Origin: Acidobacteriota bacterium
GTDB lineage: Bacteria; Acidobacteriota; CAIWXX01
NCBI GenBank assembly: GCA_040755995.1
Contig: JBFMAF010000026.1
Coordinates: 1-44,788 of the forward strand
Length of the DNA: 44,788 nt
Direction of reading: 5' to 3'
The translations under genes and the position numbers were made by a program. Shown one piece after another: positions 1-10,589 of this stretch. A model generated the notes under the pieces. The model was given only the letters and a program-made list of their open reading frames with translations, was not told where the DNA came from and made no database searches. Numbering within the stretch: the stretch's first letter is position 1; every line of letters starts with the position of its first letter.

Positions 1-254
1 TCCCAGTCCGCGCCGCAAATAGCGGATGATCTATGACAAATCAACAGGTTGGAGAGACGGGCCGAGCTGGATTGGACCGAATCACCAACCCCAAAGCATG
101 AGAGGTGTAGTGTGAAACACGCTTCGGGCAGAACACCTCCAGTTTCGTCCTCGACGCTCCCGTAGATCTGCCCCTGGCTCTGCTGGGCATTGACGACTGG
201 CGCGACCGCGATCAAGCCGATCGCCACCAACCCCACTAACCAGCGTGGTTTCAT
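1..254 (-). CDS. N-terminus of a secreted TonB-dependent receptor/carboxypeptidase-regulatory-like protein (partial, probably disrupted near 100-120)
   Basis: Manual translation from ATG at 254 (GGAGG upstream): MKPRWLVGLVAIGLIAVAPVVNAQQSQGQIYGSVEDETGGVLPEA... = signal peptide plus GxIxGxVxDxxGxxLP motif. Similarity fades afterwards although the frame stays open to the window edge. Confidence 0.55.
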   Translation of the reverse strand, partial: MKPRWLVGLVAIGLIAVAPVVNAQQSQGQIYGSVEDETGGVLPEACFTLHLSCFGVGDSVQSSSARLSNLLICHRSSAICGADW

Positions 255-701
255 AATCTCAAACCTCCATGAAGTGATTTCTACCGAACGCAACGTACGG
301 CAAGTAGCTCAAGTGATGATCGATGCCGATGAGCACCTCCTTTCTGCTTCGCCGCCATGATGGATTGCAAGGGCCTTGCCAAGTCAGAAAGCAAGCCGAA
401 TCAACGACTTGCCCTCATTGGGCGGCTGTGACAGCTACGGGGGGCCGGATTTGCTGGCAGGCATCTGGAGTGGGCGCGACACGGCTTGCTTCATCTTGCG
501 TCTCCACTTGCAAGAACTTGCTCCCACACGGCTCCGTCTCGTCGCCTTGCGTATTCTTGTGACGGTCAGAACAACTTCGGGCAACGTGGCCCGAGGGAAG
601 ACGCGGAGACACGGTGGCGCGGGGACGCGGAGAGGCGGAGACAGGGTGAGGCTGAGAACCGAGCAGGGTGCATTCAGAACCAGGAAACCGGAACCGCCAA
701 C

Positions 702-1637
702 CTACCAGTGGACGTCTCGGCAGGCGCCATCATCGGCAACAGGTATTAGCCGCCGTCCGATAGCACATACGAGCCCCCTGGTCGGGCCGCCTCGGAAGTG
801 GCTCGGCGGGCATCCGACGTGCCTGTGGAAAGACCGAGAAAGATGGGACAGATTGCCAAATCCCGCCACTGATGCAATCTCGTTCTCGGGGAGAGCGGTC
901 TCTAGCAGCAAGCCGATTGCGCGGCGCAGCCTCATCCGGATGAGGAACTGCCGCGGCGTGAGCCCGAACTCCTGGCGGAAGAGCCTCACGAAGTGGAAGG
1001 GGCTGAGCTGGAGGGCCGAGGCGACCTGGCAGAGCGTGAGCGGCTCGCCTGCGCGCGACTCCAAGAGCTGGGCAGCCCGTCGCATACGACTGCGCGTGGA
1101 CTTGCGCGAGGAAGGGGCCGCCAACAACAAGCAACGCTGCTGGCGCACGGCCTCGGTCAACGCCTCGGAGGCCAGCGCAACACTCAGGTCCTCCAGCGCC
1201 ACACCCATTCCGGGTCTCCTGGCCGCAACCCACACCAGACGATGGAGTGCCTCCAGCCGCGGGGTCGGTGGTAGAACCGGGACCGGGAAGAATGCCACTC
1301 CAGAGGTCTCGCTCCCGCCGCGGCCATCGAGCTCCTTCAGCACCTGCTCCGGATACTCGAACAGGGTGTACCTGTCCCCGATTCCGAACTCGTGCGAGAC
1401 CTCGTATTCCTGGCCGGCATTGCCGAGGATTACGCTGCCCGGCCCGACCACATAAGTCTGGCCGGCCGCACTGTAGCTGAAAGCGCCCTTTCTGATGACG
1501 GCAACACATCCACTGGAGTGCTGTTCGGTCAAGAGCTGGTTCTCGCACTCAGCTGAACACGCCACGTCGATGATCCTGATACCACTGAAATACGCGATCG
1601 TTCGAATACCACTGGAGGAAGTATCAGATCGGTGCAC
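702..1637 (-). CDS. AraC-family transcriptional regulator
   Basis: Cupin-like N-terminus; C-terminal double HTH (LCQVASALQLSPFHFVRLFRQEFGLTP...IASVAGFGNLSHLSRSFHRHVGCPP). Confidence 0.9.
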   Translation of the reverse strand: MHRSDTSSSGIRTIAYFSGIRIIDVACSAECENQLLTEQHSSGCVAVIRKGAFSYSAAGQTYVVGPGSVILGNAGQEYEVSHEFGIGDRYTLFEYPEQVLKELDGRGGSETSGVAFFPVPVLPPTPRLEALHRLVWVAARRPGMGVALEDLSVALASEALTEAVRQQRCLLLAAPSSRKSTRSRMRRAAQLLESRAGEPLTLCQVASALQLSPFHFVRLFRQEFGLTPRQFLIRMRLRRAIGLLLETALPENEIASVAGFGNLSHLSRSFHRHVGCPPSHFRGGPTRGLVCAIGRRLIPVADDGACRDVHW

Positions 1638-2160
1638 ACCTACCTACCCTTCATCTTGCGCTGACATCTCGATGCCAAGCTCGATTGCTCTCCGATACCT
1701 TGAGGCCTGAGCAGGATGCCGACTCTTGCACCGTTCCCGGACCGGGCACCTGTCCCGCGACATCCTGCTGACAACGGGCAACGTCAAACCACATTGCTGA
1801 GGCGCTGAGGAAGGAAGCGAGGGTTCTGCCGGGTGGATGGGCACAGCTGCATTGGTGAGAAAACGGGGGGAGCCAAGACCCATACGTGCCTTGCTCCACA
1901 TCGAGGGGGTTCGAATGCGATATTGAGAGCTCCCATCCTCAGGCCTCACTGTAGGACGCGACAACCCCCGCGGAACCCCGCAGAGGGGATGCTGCCCGAA
2001 CTGCGTCGACAAACACGATCGACAACGAGCGGATACCGTTGCGCATCCTGCGGGTTCCACGGGTTGACGGCGCTTCAAGGAGTGGGGATGATCAGGTATG
2101 CAGATCGAATCGAGAGCAGGCTCGCGGGGGACATACGACTCGTGCACGCCACAGAGGGTG

Positions 2161-3036
2161 ATGGGTGTGCGTGCAACTCGCCGCCCCCGTTGCCCAGGTC
2201 GCGGGGGTGGGCGTGGGATCGCGAAGAGGGAATTGGCCGGCGTGCTGCTGGCCGCTTTGATTGCGATCGGCGGCAACCCGTGGATCGCGTCCGCCGGATC
2301 GTATTCGGAGGACCGCCGCTGTCTCACCATGCCGATGCGAGAAGGGCAGGCGATCGTCTGGTACCTGTATCACAGCGGCTGGGCAGTGAAGACGAAGGGC
2401 CACCTGCTGGTGTTCGACTACTGGGAGCACGGACCGAAGTCGCCGGACGATTCGCTCTCGGAAGGATTCATCAATCTGGCCGCGATCGCCGGCCTCCACG
2501 TGACGGTCTTTGTCACTCACGCACACTCCGACCACTACGACCCACGCATACTGCAGTGGAAAAAGTGGGTCCGCGATATTACGTACGTATTCGGCTGGAA
2601 GGCTACCGACGACCCGGCCCATGTGCACTTCGTCCAGGCTCGTTCATACGTGGACATCGATCGGGTCCAGGTGTGGAGTGTCCCGCACGCATTGGACGGT
2701 ATTCCCGAGTCCGCTTTCCTTGTGCGCACAGACGGTCTCACCATATTCCATGCCGGCGATCACGGCACCTGCAAGGGGCCTCTGGATCCGGTCTTCAAGT
2801 CCAACATCGACTACCTCGCCGGCCTTGGACAGTCGATCGACCTCTACTTCACGCCGACCTTCGGAGGCGAGATCTACGCCATTGAGCGGCTCTCCCCGCG
2901 AACGGTGTTCCCCATGCATGATGGCGGGAACGAGGAGCAGTACATGAAGTTCGCCGAGCTTGCGAAGAAGCAGCGCCTGAAGACGACGGTCGTGGCGGCT
3001 CAGAAACGCGGGCAGCGGTACATGTACGGGTTCTAG
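2161..3036 (+). CDS. MBL-fold metallo-hydrolase, probably exported
   Basis: THAHSDHYD (HxHxDH), FHAGD and PMH motifs; hydrophobic N-terminal stretch. Start uncertain (2098 or 2161). Confidence 0.85.
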   Translation: MGVRATRRPRCPGRGGGRGIAKRELAGVLLAALIAIGGNPWIASAGSYSEDRRCLTMPMREGQAIVWYLYHSGWAVKTKGHLLVFDYWEHGPKSPDDSLSEGFINLAAIAGLHVTVFVTHAHSDHYDPRILQWKKWVRDITYVFGWKATDDPAHVHFVQARSYVDIDRVQVWSVPHALDGIPESAFLVRTDGLTIFHAGDHGTCKGPLDPVFKSNIDYLAGLGQSIDLYFTPTFGGEIYAIERLSPRTVFPMHDGGNEEQYMKFAELAKKQRLKTTVVAAQKRGQRYMYGF

Positions 3037-3073
3037 CCCGCTGGCGTGTGCGTTTCGCCCCACTGGCGAGAGC

Positions 3074-5734
3074 CTACTTCGAAATCGTTTTCTGCGCCCT
3101 CGCCAGCTTCGCCTCCGCCAGCAACGCTTCGTATTCCGGATCACCCTTCAAGCCGGTACACTCGGAGTCTCCCCACAAGCTCTGCACTGGGAGACCCGAT
3201 TGGATCGCCTCGCGAATCAGGCTCAGCGCCTGCGCCTTTCTTCCCAAGAGAGCCTGGACGCACGCGAGTTTCTGACGGATGTGGTTGGTCTCCAGATGTC
3301 GCGGGCCCAGGATCTGCAGGTGGATAGCGAGCGAGCGTTCCAGGTAGTCCCCAGCCTTCGCGTAGTCGCCGGTCTCGATGCACAAGACGCCGAAGTCCCG
3401 CAGGCTCCGCGCAACTTCGATATGCTCTTCGCCGAACGCCCTCTCCTTGATCGCTATGCCGCGGTCAAGCAGCGATCGTGCGGCGTCGAAATCTCCTGTG
3501 CGCCGGTAGAGGAAGGCGAGCGCTGACAGCGTCCAGGCCAGGTCGGGATGATCGGGCCCCAGCGCCCGCTCGCGCAGTGTCAAGGCTCGCTCGAGAAATC
3601 CCCGTGCCTCCTGGTATTCGCCTGCAAGCACTTGCACGACGCCGAGGCCGGTGAGTGGGAATGCCAGGTAGACGTGGTCGGGCCCGAGCGTGCTCTGCCA
3701 GATCGAGATGGATCGCTTGAAGTGGGAGCGCGCGGCATCGTGCTGGCCGAGCCAGTACAGCGTCGCGCCAAGTTCGAAGTGCGCCATGCCCATGCTCGAG
3801 TGCGTCGGGCCGTAGACCCGCTCTAGAATCGAGAGCGCCTTCTCCTCGATCGCCCGAGCCTCATCGAGCCTCCCGACCTGGCGGAGCACGACGCCCTTCG
3901 TCAGGTATGTGTCCGTCAGCACTTCGGGCTCGGGATCTTTGACCTTATCTTGAATGGAGAGGGCTCGGTCCAGATCGCGGAATGAGCTATCGTAGTCCCC
4001 TATCTTCCAGTAGAGCCACCCCAGGCGCGTCAGAGGACCCGCCAGGGACGGATGTTCGGGCCCCAGTGTCTTCGCCTGAATATTCAGAGCTCGCTCCAGC
4101 ATCTCACGGCCAGAGCTGTACTCAGCGGTCAGGCAGCAGACCCAGCCAAGCGAGGTGAGGGTCTTGGCCACATCGAGGTTCTCCCGGCCATGGTTCTCCT
4201 GCATCATGGTGAGGGCCTCTTCCAGCAACGGACGCGCCTTGGCGTAATAGCCCAGGCTCATGTACACCTGGCCCATTGCCGCCATCACGCGCGCCTGAAC
4301 CAGAGGCTGGTCACCAAGCTCGCTCCTCACCCGCTCGACACCCCGGTCCAGGATCGACTGCGGCGAGTAGGTAGGCCCGAGTGTCGAACCCGGCTCCATG
4401 GCCTGGAACATGTCGACCAGGAAGTCCGCCGTCTGCCTGGACGCCTGGGCCTGCTGCCTCGCCCGGCGCAGCCCTATTGTGGTCCCGGTAATCCCGCCCA
4501 CGAGTGCGAAGAAGACCACGACACCCGCCACGACTCCCACGCGGTGCCGCCTCACGAACTTGCGCACGCGGTATGATGCGCTGGGCGGGCTGGCAAGCAC
4601 AGGCTCGTGTCTGAGGAATCGTTCCAGGTCAGCCACCAGCTCGGAGGGGGCTCCGTAGCGCCGCGTCCGATCCTTCTCCAGCGCCTTCATCGTGATCCAG
4701 TCCAGATCACCCGAGAGCAGTCGAACCAACCCCCGCTGGTCGATCCTCCTCCGCCTGGCGATGACATCGGTGCCGGTGCTGAGCCTGCTCACTCTCGTAC
4801 TGGCTCTGACGGGTTCTTCTTCGCGGATCCTGCGTCGCATCTCGTCGAACCCGCTCGCCAGAGGCTCCTTTGCATCAAACGGCACAACACCCGTGAGGAG
4901 CTCATATAGGAGAACGCCGAGTGAGTAAACGTCAGTGCGCGTGTCGACATCAAGGCCGGTCATCTGCGCCTGCTCGGGGCTCATGTACTCCGGAGTGCCG
5001 ATCCACTGCCCGAGCTGCGTGAAGATCGTCCGCTCGGTCAGCTTCTGGGCCGTCGCCTTGGCGACGCCGAAATCGATTATCTTCGGGACAGGTTTGCTGT
5101 CCCGCAGTGTGATGATGATGTTCGACGGCTTTATGTCCCGGTGGATTATCCCGTTCTGGTGCGCGTGTTGGACGCCGGCGCATGTCTGCATGAACAGACC
5201 CAGCCGTTCGCCGATACCCAGGCAGTTGGTGTCGCAATACTCGGTGATCGGCACTCCCTTCACGTACTCCATCGCGAAGTACGGCCGGCCCTGCGTCGTG
5301 GCCCCCGCCTCGTACACCTTGGCGATGCTCGGGTGATCCATGAGGGCGAGCGCCTGGCGCTCGGATTCGAATCGCCCGAGCACCTCTTTGGTGTCCATGC
5401 CCCACTTGACCAGCTTAAGGGCCACACGACGGCGAACCGGTGTCTCCTGCTCGGCCTCGAAGACGATCCCCATTCCGCCTTCGCCCAGCCTCTGCAGAAC
5501 CCGGTAGTTGCCGATGCGCTGAGGGACGGTATCTTCCAGGGCGGGAAGGCCGTCATCCACCGCCTCCGCCTCTTCTGATCCTGTCGGGTGGAACTCGAGC
5601 AGCGACAGCACCTCGCTCTGCATCTCCTCATCCCCGGCGCATTCGCTCATCACGAGCGCCGGCCGCTCGTCCGCGGGCAACCTGCAAGCGCGGAGGAAGA
5701 TCTCCTTGACTCGCGTGTGTCGTTCTGAGGTCAT
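3074..5734 (-). CDS. Ser/Thr protein kinase with TM segment and TPR repeats
   Basis: GEGGMG, VALK, HRDIKPSN, DFG, GTPEYMSPEQ and DVYSLG motifs; TM helix; kinesin-light-chain-like TPRs (LGPEHP/LGPDHP). Confidence 0.95.
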   Translation of the reverse strand: MTSERHTRVKEIFLRACRLPADERPALVMSECAGDEEMQSEVLSLLEFHPTGSEEAEAVDDGLPALEDTVPQRIGNYRVLQRLGEGGMGIVFEAEQETPVRRRVALKLVKWGMDTKEVLGRFESERQALALMDHPSIAKVYEAGATTQGRPYFAMEYVKGVPITEYCDTNCLGIGERLGLFMQTCAGVQHAHQNGIIHRDIKPSNIIITLRDSKPVPKIIDFGVAKATAQKLTERTIFTQLGQWIGTPEYMSPEQAQMTGLDVDTRTDVYSLGVLLYELLTGVVPFDAKEPLASGFDEMRRRIREEEPVRASTRVSRLSTGTDVIARRRRIDQRGLVRLLSGDLDWITMKALEKDRTRRYGAPSELVADLERFLRHEPVLASPPSASYRVRKFVRRHRVGVVAGVVVFFALVGGITGTTIGLRRARQQAQASRQTADFLVDMFQAMEPGSTLGPTYSPQSILDRGVERVRSELGDQPLVQARVMAAMGQVYMSLGYYAKARPLLEEALTMMQENHGRENLDVAKTLTSLGWVCCLTAEYSSGREMLERALNIQAKTLGPEHPSLAGPLTRLGWLYWKIGDYDSSFRDLDRALSIQDKVKDPEPEVLTDTYLTKGVVLRQVGRLDEARAIEEKALSILERVYGPTHSSMGMAHFELGATLYWLGQHDAARSHFKRSISIWQSTLGPDHVYLAFPLTGLGVVQVLAGEYQEARGFLERALTLRERALGPDHPDLAWTLSALAFLYRRTGDFDAARSLLDRGIAIKERAFGEEHIEVARSLRDFGVLCIETGDYAKAGDYLERSLAIHLQILGPRHLETNHIRQKLACVQALLGRKAQALSLIREAIQSGLPVQSLWGDSECTGLKGDPEYEALLAEAKLARAQKTISK

Positions 5735-5838
5735 CTTAGGCTGTCAGTTGTCAGTCAACCAGAGCATCTCCCCGCGTCGCGTCGGATGGTGATCAGTCAC
5801 CGCAGAGGGTCGTATCGACAAATGTGGCGAATCGTAGG

Positions 5839-6435
5839 TCATCCTATCGCCTTCGCCAATTCGCGTTTCAGCCATGCCTTCGCGTGAGTCCAATCGTCTT
5901 CTACTGTACGCGTCGAAACACCGAGCACTCCCGCAACTTCGGGTACGGTAAGGCCACCGAAGAACCGCAGCTCCACCACTCGAGCCTCGCGCTCGTCCAC
6001 GCTGGCGAGCTCCTGGAGGGCCTTGTCCAGGCTGAGCAGATCCTCGGGTCCGAGCCCGCCGTCAGGGAGAGGCGCCATGCCTTCGCAGAGGGTAATCTTG
6101 CGCCAATCCGCTCCCCGCTTGCGCCTCCCGCGCGCTCTCGCGTGATCGACTAATAACCGGCGCATCACCTGAACCCCTACGGCGTAGAAGTGAGTGCGTC
6201 CCCGCCAGTTCACGCGCGACTGGTCCACGAGCTTGAGGTAGGCTTCGTGGACGAGGGCAGTCGGTTGCAGCGTGTGGCCCGCGCGCTCGTGGCTCATGTA
6301 GCGCCGGGCCAGCTGCCGTAGCTGGTCGTAGACAAGCTCGAAGAGCTCGCTGGCCTTCCGGGCCCGATCGCTCTTGCCGTCCCCAAGGTCCGCGACGATC
6401 CCCGTCACGCGTTCTCTGGTCTCCTCATCCGCCAC
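5839..6435 (-). CDS. ECF sigma-70 factor of the kinase-associated type
   Basis: HTLQPTALVHEAYLKL and VVELRFFGGLTVPEVAGVLGVSTRTVEDDW motifs; lies directly upstream of the kinase gene. Confidence 0.92.
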   Translation of the reverse strand: MADEETRERVTGIVADLGDGKSDRARKASELFELVYDQLRQLARRYMSHERAGHTLQPTALVHEAYLKLVDQSRVNWRGRTHFYAVGVQVMRRLLVDHARARGRRKRGADWRKITLCEGMAPLPDGGLGPEDLLSLDKALQELASVDEREARVVELRFFGGLTVPEVAGVLGVSTRTVEDDWTHAKAWLKRELAKAIG

Positions 6436-6596
6436 GTTTCGCCCCCTGACTCACGCGCCGACCGGCGCGCCGGCACGTCTACCTCCCCATCAGCAGTACC
6501 TAGCCAGTATCCATGGTGCCCTATTGTACCTTAGCAATCCCGCAACCCCCTAAGACGATGTACGTATGGCGCCTCAGTTGCGTTTCGACGTAGGAG

Positions 6597-6839
6597 GTGA
6601 GTAACATGGGCGGCGTGGGAGATGCAATCACTACTTCGCTTCGAGTTCTCGCGGGCGTTCTCATCGTGCCCGCAGGCATTCTCGCGATTCTGGCGCTGAT
6701 GAGCTTCCTCACCGGCGATGGGTTCTCTGACGCGGCGCCGTGGTGTGTCTTCTTCGCCTTCTGCGCCTTTCTGCTCGGCCCTCCAGGGCTGCTCCTGCTA
6801 TCCCTCGCCCGCTGGAGCCATCGGAGGCGAGCTCGATAG
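6597..6839 (+). CDS. small two-TM hypothetical membrane protein
   Basis: AGGAG before GTG; two hydrophobic helices; its stop abuts the stop of the convergent kinase. Confidence 0.5.
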   Translation: MSNMGGVGDAITTSLRVLAGVLIVPAGILAILALMSFLTGDGFSDAAPWCVFFAFCAFLLGPPGLLLLSLARWSHRRRAR

Positions 6840-9800
6840 TTAGCGAGGCGCGGGCCGCGTCTCCGCCATCCGGCGTGCCTCATCCAGCATCGGCGCGTAG
6901 CGCCGCGCAAGGAGCCTGTTCATCTCGATCGCCGTCTTCAGTGTCATGGCAGACTCGCTCGCCAACTCCCGGCGCTTGCGATCGTCGGCTGTGGCTTTCG
7001 CCTGCACTAACAACAGTCCCCCTTGCGCTCCCGCACCCTCGCCCAGACGCGGGTTGATCGCGAGGGCCTTCTTCGCGTGATCCAGGCCGCTCAGCGCGTC
7101 GTTTTCGATCTGTCCGAGGTCTGCGGGGGCTCGTGACATCGCCGAGCACAGATCGGCCTCCGCGAGCAAGGCGTACGCCTCGGCGTCCGACTGGTCTATC
7201 TGGACGGACTTCTGCAGTGCCGCGCGGGCGCGCCGCAGAGACTCGTAGGGGGATACTCGATTAGCGACGAGTCCCTGCGCCTCCAGCAGCTCGCACCGGC
7301 CGAGGAGGCGGTACGGGAGACTCAGTTCCGGGTCCACCCCGACAGCCTTGTCGATCCACTTCCGAGCATCCCGGAGAGGAGCCGATAGCGAGCTCCCCTG
7401 TGTCTGAGCGATCTCGGCTTCGCTGATCGAGAGCATGGCCATCTCCTGGAATGCCACCGCGAGCTGGTCGCCCGCATCGATCACCTTGGATGCCCTTGCG
7501 CGCGCCGCGGACAGGGCCGGGCCGGCGTCGAGCCCGCTGGCGATTCGATACTCGATCACGCCGCGGAGCGCGTCGACGCTGTTGAGGAGGGTGATCCGGT
7601 AGTTCGGATCGATCGCCAGGGCACGGTCGTAGTAGAGCAACGCCTGGTCGGCCGACCGCTGCGGATCCTCGCCGCGGCTGAGCTCGAAATCGGCTCGAAA
7701 AAGGAAGGTCGTGCCGGCGTTGTTCAACAGATCGAGGAGGCTGGGGTTCAGGGCAAGCCCCGAATCGAACACACGGCTGGCTTCCTCCAGAGTTGGGCGG
7801 GGATCGATTCCGTGCGTCGCCTCGTACGAGCCCCGATCGTTCAGAGCTCCGCCCAGGTTGCTATGGGCGAAGATGTAATTTGGGCTCAGCGCGAGGGTCT
7901 TCCGGAAGCAGTCGATTGCCGCGTTCAGAGAGTTGCGCGGATCCTGCCCGTGAATGGCATCGTACTGACCGCGATACCAGTGGGTCACTCCGAGGCTGTT
8001 CAGTGCGGACTCGGAATTGGGCCTGATAGCGACGGACTCGGTGAGGCACGTGATCGCCGCGTCGTAGCTCGGGCGTGGATCCTGCCCCCTCGAAGCGATG
8101 ATGCGACCGCTCGTCTGTCGTGCGATGCCGACTAGGTACCAGCCCACCGCATCCTTGGGCATGAGGTCGTGCCCCTTCGTGGCGGTCTCCAGGGCCTTTG
8201 CGATCAAGTCGGTCGGGTCCCGGCCGCGGCGTTGCGTGTTCTCTGCCGCACGTCTGTACACGGCCGTAAGCTTGTAGTAGGCCGCGGCGCAATCGGGGTC
8301 TGCCTGCAATGCGCGCTCGCACGCGTCGACCGCTGCGCGCACGTACGGGTCGAGCGGCTGGCCGGTGCCGTAAGCGGCAATCTGCAACATGCCGGCATGG
8401 ATCTCGCCGAGGCTCAGGTACCCCGCGGGGTCGCTCTCACCGATTCGGGTGGCGTCGCTCAGCACGCGTTCTGCCTGCTCGTAGATCGCGCCGGCGCCCT
8501 CGTAGTCGCCCTCCTCACGCTTCTTTTTCGCGATGCTGATGAGGACGTCTCCTTCGAGAAGCTCGGCCTCGTAGAAAAGCGGGTCGCGTCTGAGGACAGC
8601 CCGCGCCCGTTGCAGCGCGTCCTCGTAGTCCCTCTTGTAGAAAGCAATGAGCGCTTCGACGTAGGCCGAAGTGGCGCCTCCGTCGCCCTCCCTCCCCAGC
8701 TCCAGGTACTTGACTGCGGGCCCGCCATACTGCTGCTCGATTCTTCGCCGCTGCGCCTCCTTTATCTCCTTGTTTCTGATGTTCTCGAGAAGGTACATCT
8801 CTTCCTCGTACTGCTTACCGAGAACCAGACCGAGGGAGAGAGCCACATCAGGTTCGTGATCGCCGCCATTCCAGGCCTTCTCGAGCCACTCCTGCGCACT
8901 GTCATACTCCTTCAGTGCGATGTGGCCACGCCCGAGAGCATAGGCGCCCGGCAGTTCAGCCGACGACCCCAGCAACGACATCTGTTCCTCGATGCGGTGC
9001 ATCGCCTTACGCACGACCTCCTTCTGCGCACGCGTGTCATGCAGAGGAGCGAGGGCGGCGATACGCATGGTCGAGTCGATACGCTCGACTTCCTGCCCGA
9101 ACTGCCGCGCCAGGCGGGCCCTCTCAGAGGCGCTCCACCAGACATAGATGCCGGTTGTGGCTGAAGCCAATACCCACAGCACTGCGACAGATACAACCGC
9201 GGCCACCACCCTGTTCTTGCGGATCTTCTTCGCGAGCCGGTACCTCCAGCCGGCCGGCCTCGCCTCGACCGGCTCTCCGTCGACGTATCGTTGCAGGTCG
9301 GCGGCGAGCGCCCTGGCCGAATCGTATCTGCGCTGGGGCTCCTTCTCCAGGCATTTCATCGTGATCGTCTCGAGGTCGCGCGGCACGCGTGGATTGAGCT
9401 TGTGAATCGCGGGCGGATCGTTCCGCAACAGATCCACCATCAGCTCGGCCCCGCTGCCAGCGGTGAACGGCGGGCATCCAGCCAGCAACTCATAGAGAGT
9501 GGCTCCGAGGCCGTAGACATCGGTGCGCCGGTCCAGTGCGTGCACTTCGCCGCGGGCCTGCTCGGGCGCCATATACGCAAGAGTCCCAACCACCACACCT
9601 GTGGTTGTGAGTCCCGGATCGCTCATGTCCCGGGCGAGTCCGAAGTCCATGACATAGGGTTTCCAGCGGCCCTCATCCGTGCGCTCGACCATGATGTTGC
9701 CGGGCTTGAGGTCGCGGTGGATCAGGCCGGTCTTGTGAGCGGCGTGTACACCCTCGGCCACGTCCTTCATCACCCCGATCTTCTGCTCCAGAGTCATCTC

Positions 9801-10415
9801 CGGCGCCACAGCGCTGAGGACTCGGCCGTCCACATACTGCATGGCGACATAGGGCCTTCCCTCGGTCTCCCCCACCTCATGGACTCTGCACACGTTCTCG
9901 TGATCCACCTGCGCCTGGGCGCGCGCCTCGCGGAACAGCCGAACCACGAGCATCGGATTGTCGCCGTACAGGAATTTCAGCGCCACCGGGCGATTCAACA
10001 GCTGATCGAATGCCAGGTACACTCTCCCCATGCCGCCGGCTCCGAGCAGGTGCCTGATCTGATACTTTCCGAAAACCCTGCCGTCGAGAGCATCAGCAGC
10101 GGCGCGGGAGCCTTCGGAGCCGAAGGCGCCGTGCAGGCGAGGCGTTGCCTGGGGACCCGCCGCCACGCCGGGTATGCCAAGGAAGGAGCATGTTTCACGC
10201 GATCCTATCTCGTCGTCTCCTCCAGTCTCTCGAATCAGATCCTGTACCGTGTCCCGGCTCAACCGTCCCGTGTTCACCAACTGACTGATGCGTGGCCCCC
10301 AGCCTGGCGCGGACGGTATGTCGGCGGCCGTTTCGGCGCGATCCAAGTCGTCCTCCGAAATCAGGCCTCTATCTACCGCGAGACGCAGAATCCGGTCTTG
10401 TTGTTCCTGATCCAT
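6840..10415 (-). CDS. Ser/Thr protein kinase with TM segment and long TPR region
   Basis: GAGGMG, VALK, HRDLKPGN, DFGLA and GTLAYMAPEQ motifs; repeated GxDP/TPR units. Start taken at MDQEQQ (ORF extends to 10463). Confidence 0.93.
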   Translation of the reverse strand: MDQEQQDRILRLAVDRGLISEDDLDRAETAADIPSAPGWGPRISQLVNTGRLSRDTVQDLIRETGGDDEIGSRETCSFLGIPGVAAGPQATPRLHGAFGSEGSRAAADALDGRVFGKYQIRHLLGAGGMGRVYLAFDQLLNRPVALKFLYGDNPMLVVRLFREARAQAQVDHENVCRVHEVGETEGRPYVAMQYVDGRVLSAVAPEMTLEQKIGVMKDVAEGVHAAHKTGLIHRDLKPGNIMVERTDEGRWKPYVMDFGLARDMSDPGLTTTGVVVGTLAYMAPEQARGEVHALDRRTDVYGLGATLYELLAGCPPFTAGSGAELMVDLLRNDPPAIHKLNPRVPRDLETITMKCLEKEPQRRYDSARALAADLQRYVDGEPVEARPAGWRYRLAKKIRKNRVVAAVVSVAVLWVLASATTGIYVWWSASERARLARQFGQEVERIDSTMRIAALAPLHDTRAQKEVVRKAMHRIEEQMSLLGSSAELPGAYALGRGHIALKEYDSAQEWLEKAWNGGDHEPDVALSLGLVLGKQYEEEMYLLENIRNKEIKEAQRRRIEQQYGGPAVKYLELGREGDGGATSAYVEALIAFYKRDYEDALQRARAVLRRDPLFYEAELLEGDVLISIAKKKREEGDYEGAGAIYEQAERVLSDATRIGESDPAGYLSLGEIHAGMLQIAAYGTGQPLDPYVRAAVDACERALQADPDCAAAYYKLTAVYRRAAENTQRRGRDPTDLIAKALETATKGHDLMPKDAVGWYLVGIARQTSGRIIASRGQDPRPSYDAAITCLTESVAIRPNSESALNSLGVTHWYRGQYDAIHGQDPRNSLNAAIDCFRKTLALSPNYIFAHSNLGGALNDRGSYEATHGIDPRPTLEEASRVFDSGLALNPSLLDLLNNAGTTFLFRADFELSRGEDPQRSADQALLYYDRALAIDPNYRITLLNSVDALRGVIEYRIASGLDAGPALSAARARASKVIDAGDQLAVAFQEMAMLSISEAEIAQTQGSSLSAPLRDARKWIDKAVGVDPELSLPYRLLGRCELLEAQGLVANRVSPYESLRRARAALQKSVQIDQSDAEAYALLAEADLCSAMSRAPADLGQIENDALSGLDHAKKALAINPRLGEGAGAQGGLLLVQAKATADDRKRRELASESAMTLKTAIEMNRLLARRYAPMLDEARRMAETRPAPR

Positions 10416-10589
10416 GATGCCCGTGCCCGCTGCTATTATCGACCGGGCACTCTGCAAAGGCAAACGCCGTCGGTTGTTGCCCTTGACGCCACCCCCTGAA
10501 CGGGCCGACTACGGCGCCAGTCGCTTCGGCGGGATCGAGCTTCGCAGGAGACGGAAGGGGATTACTACATATGTAGAATAAGCGTCCTC

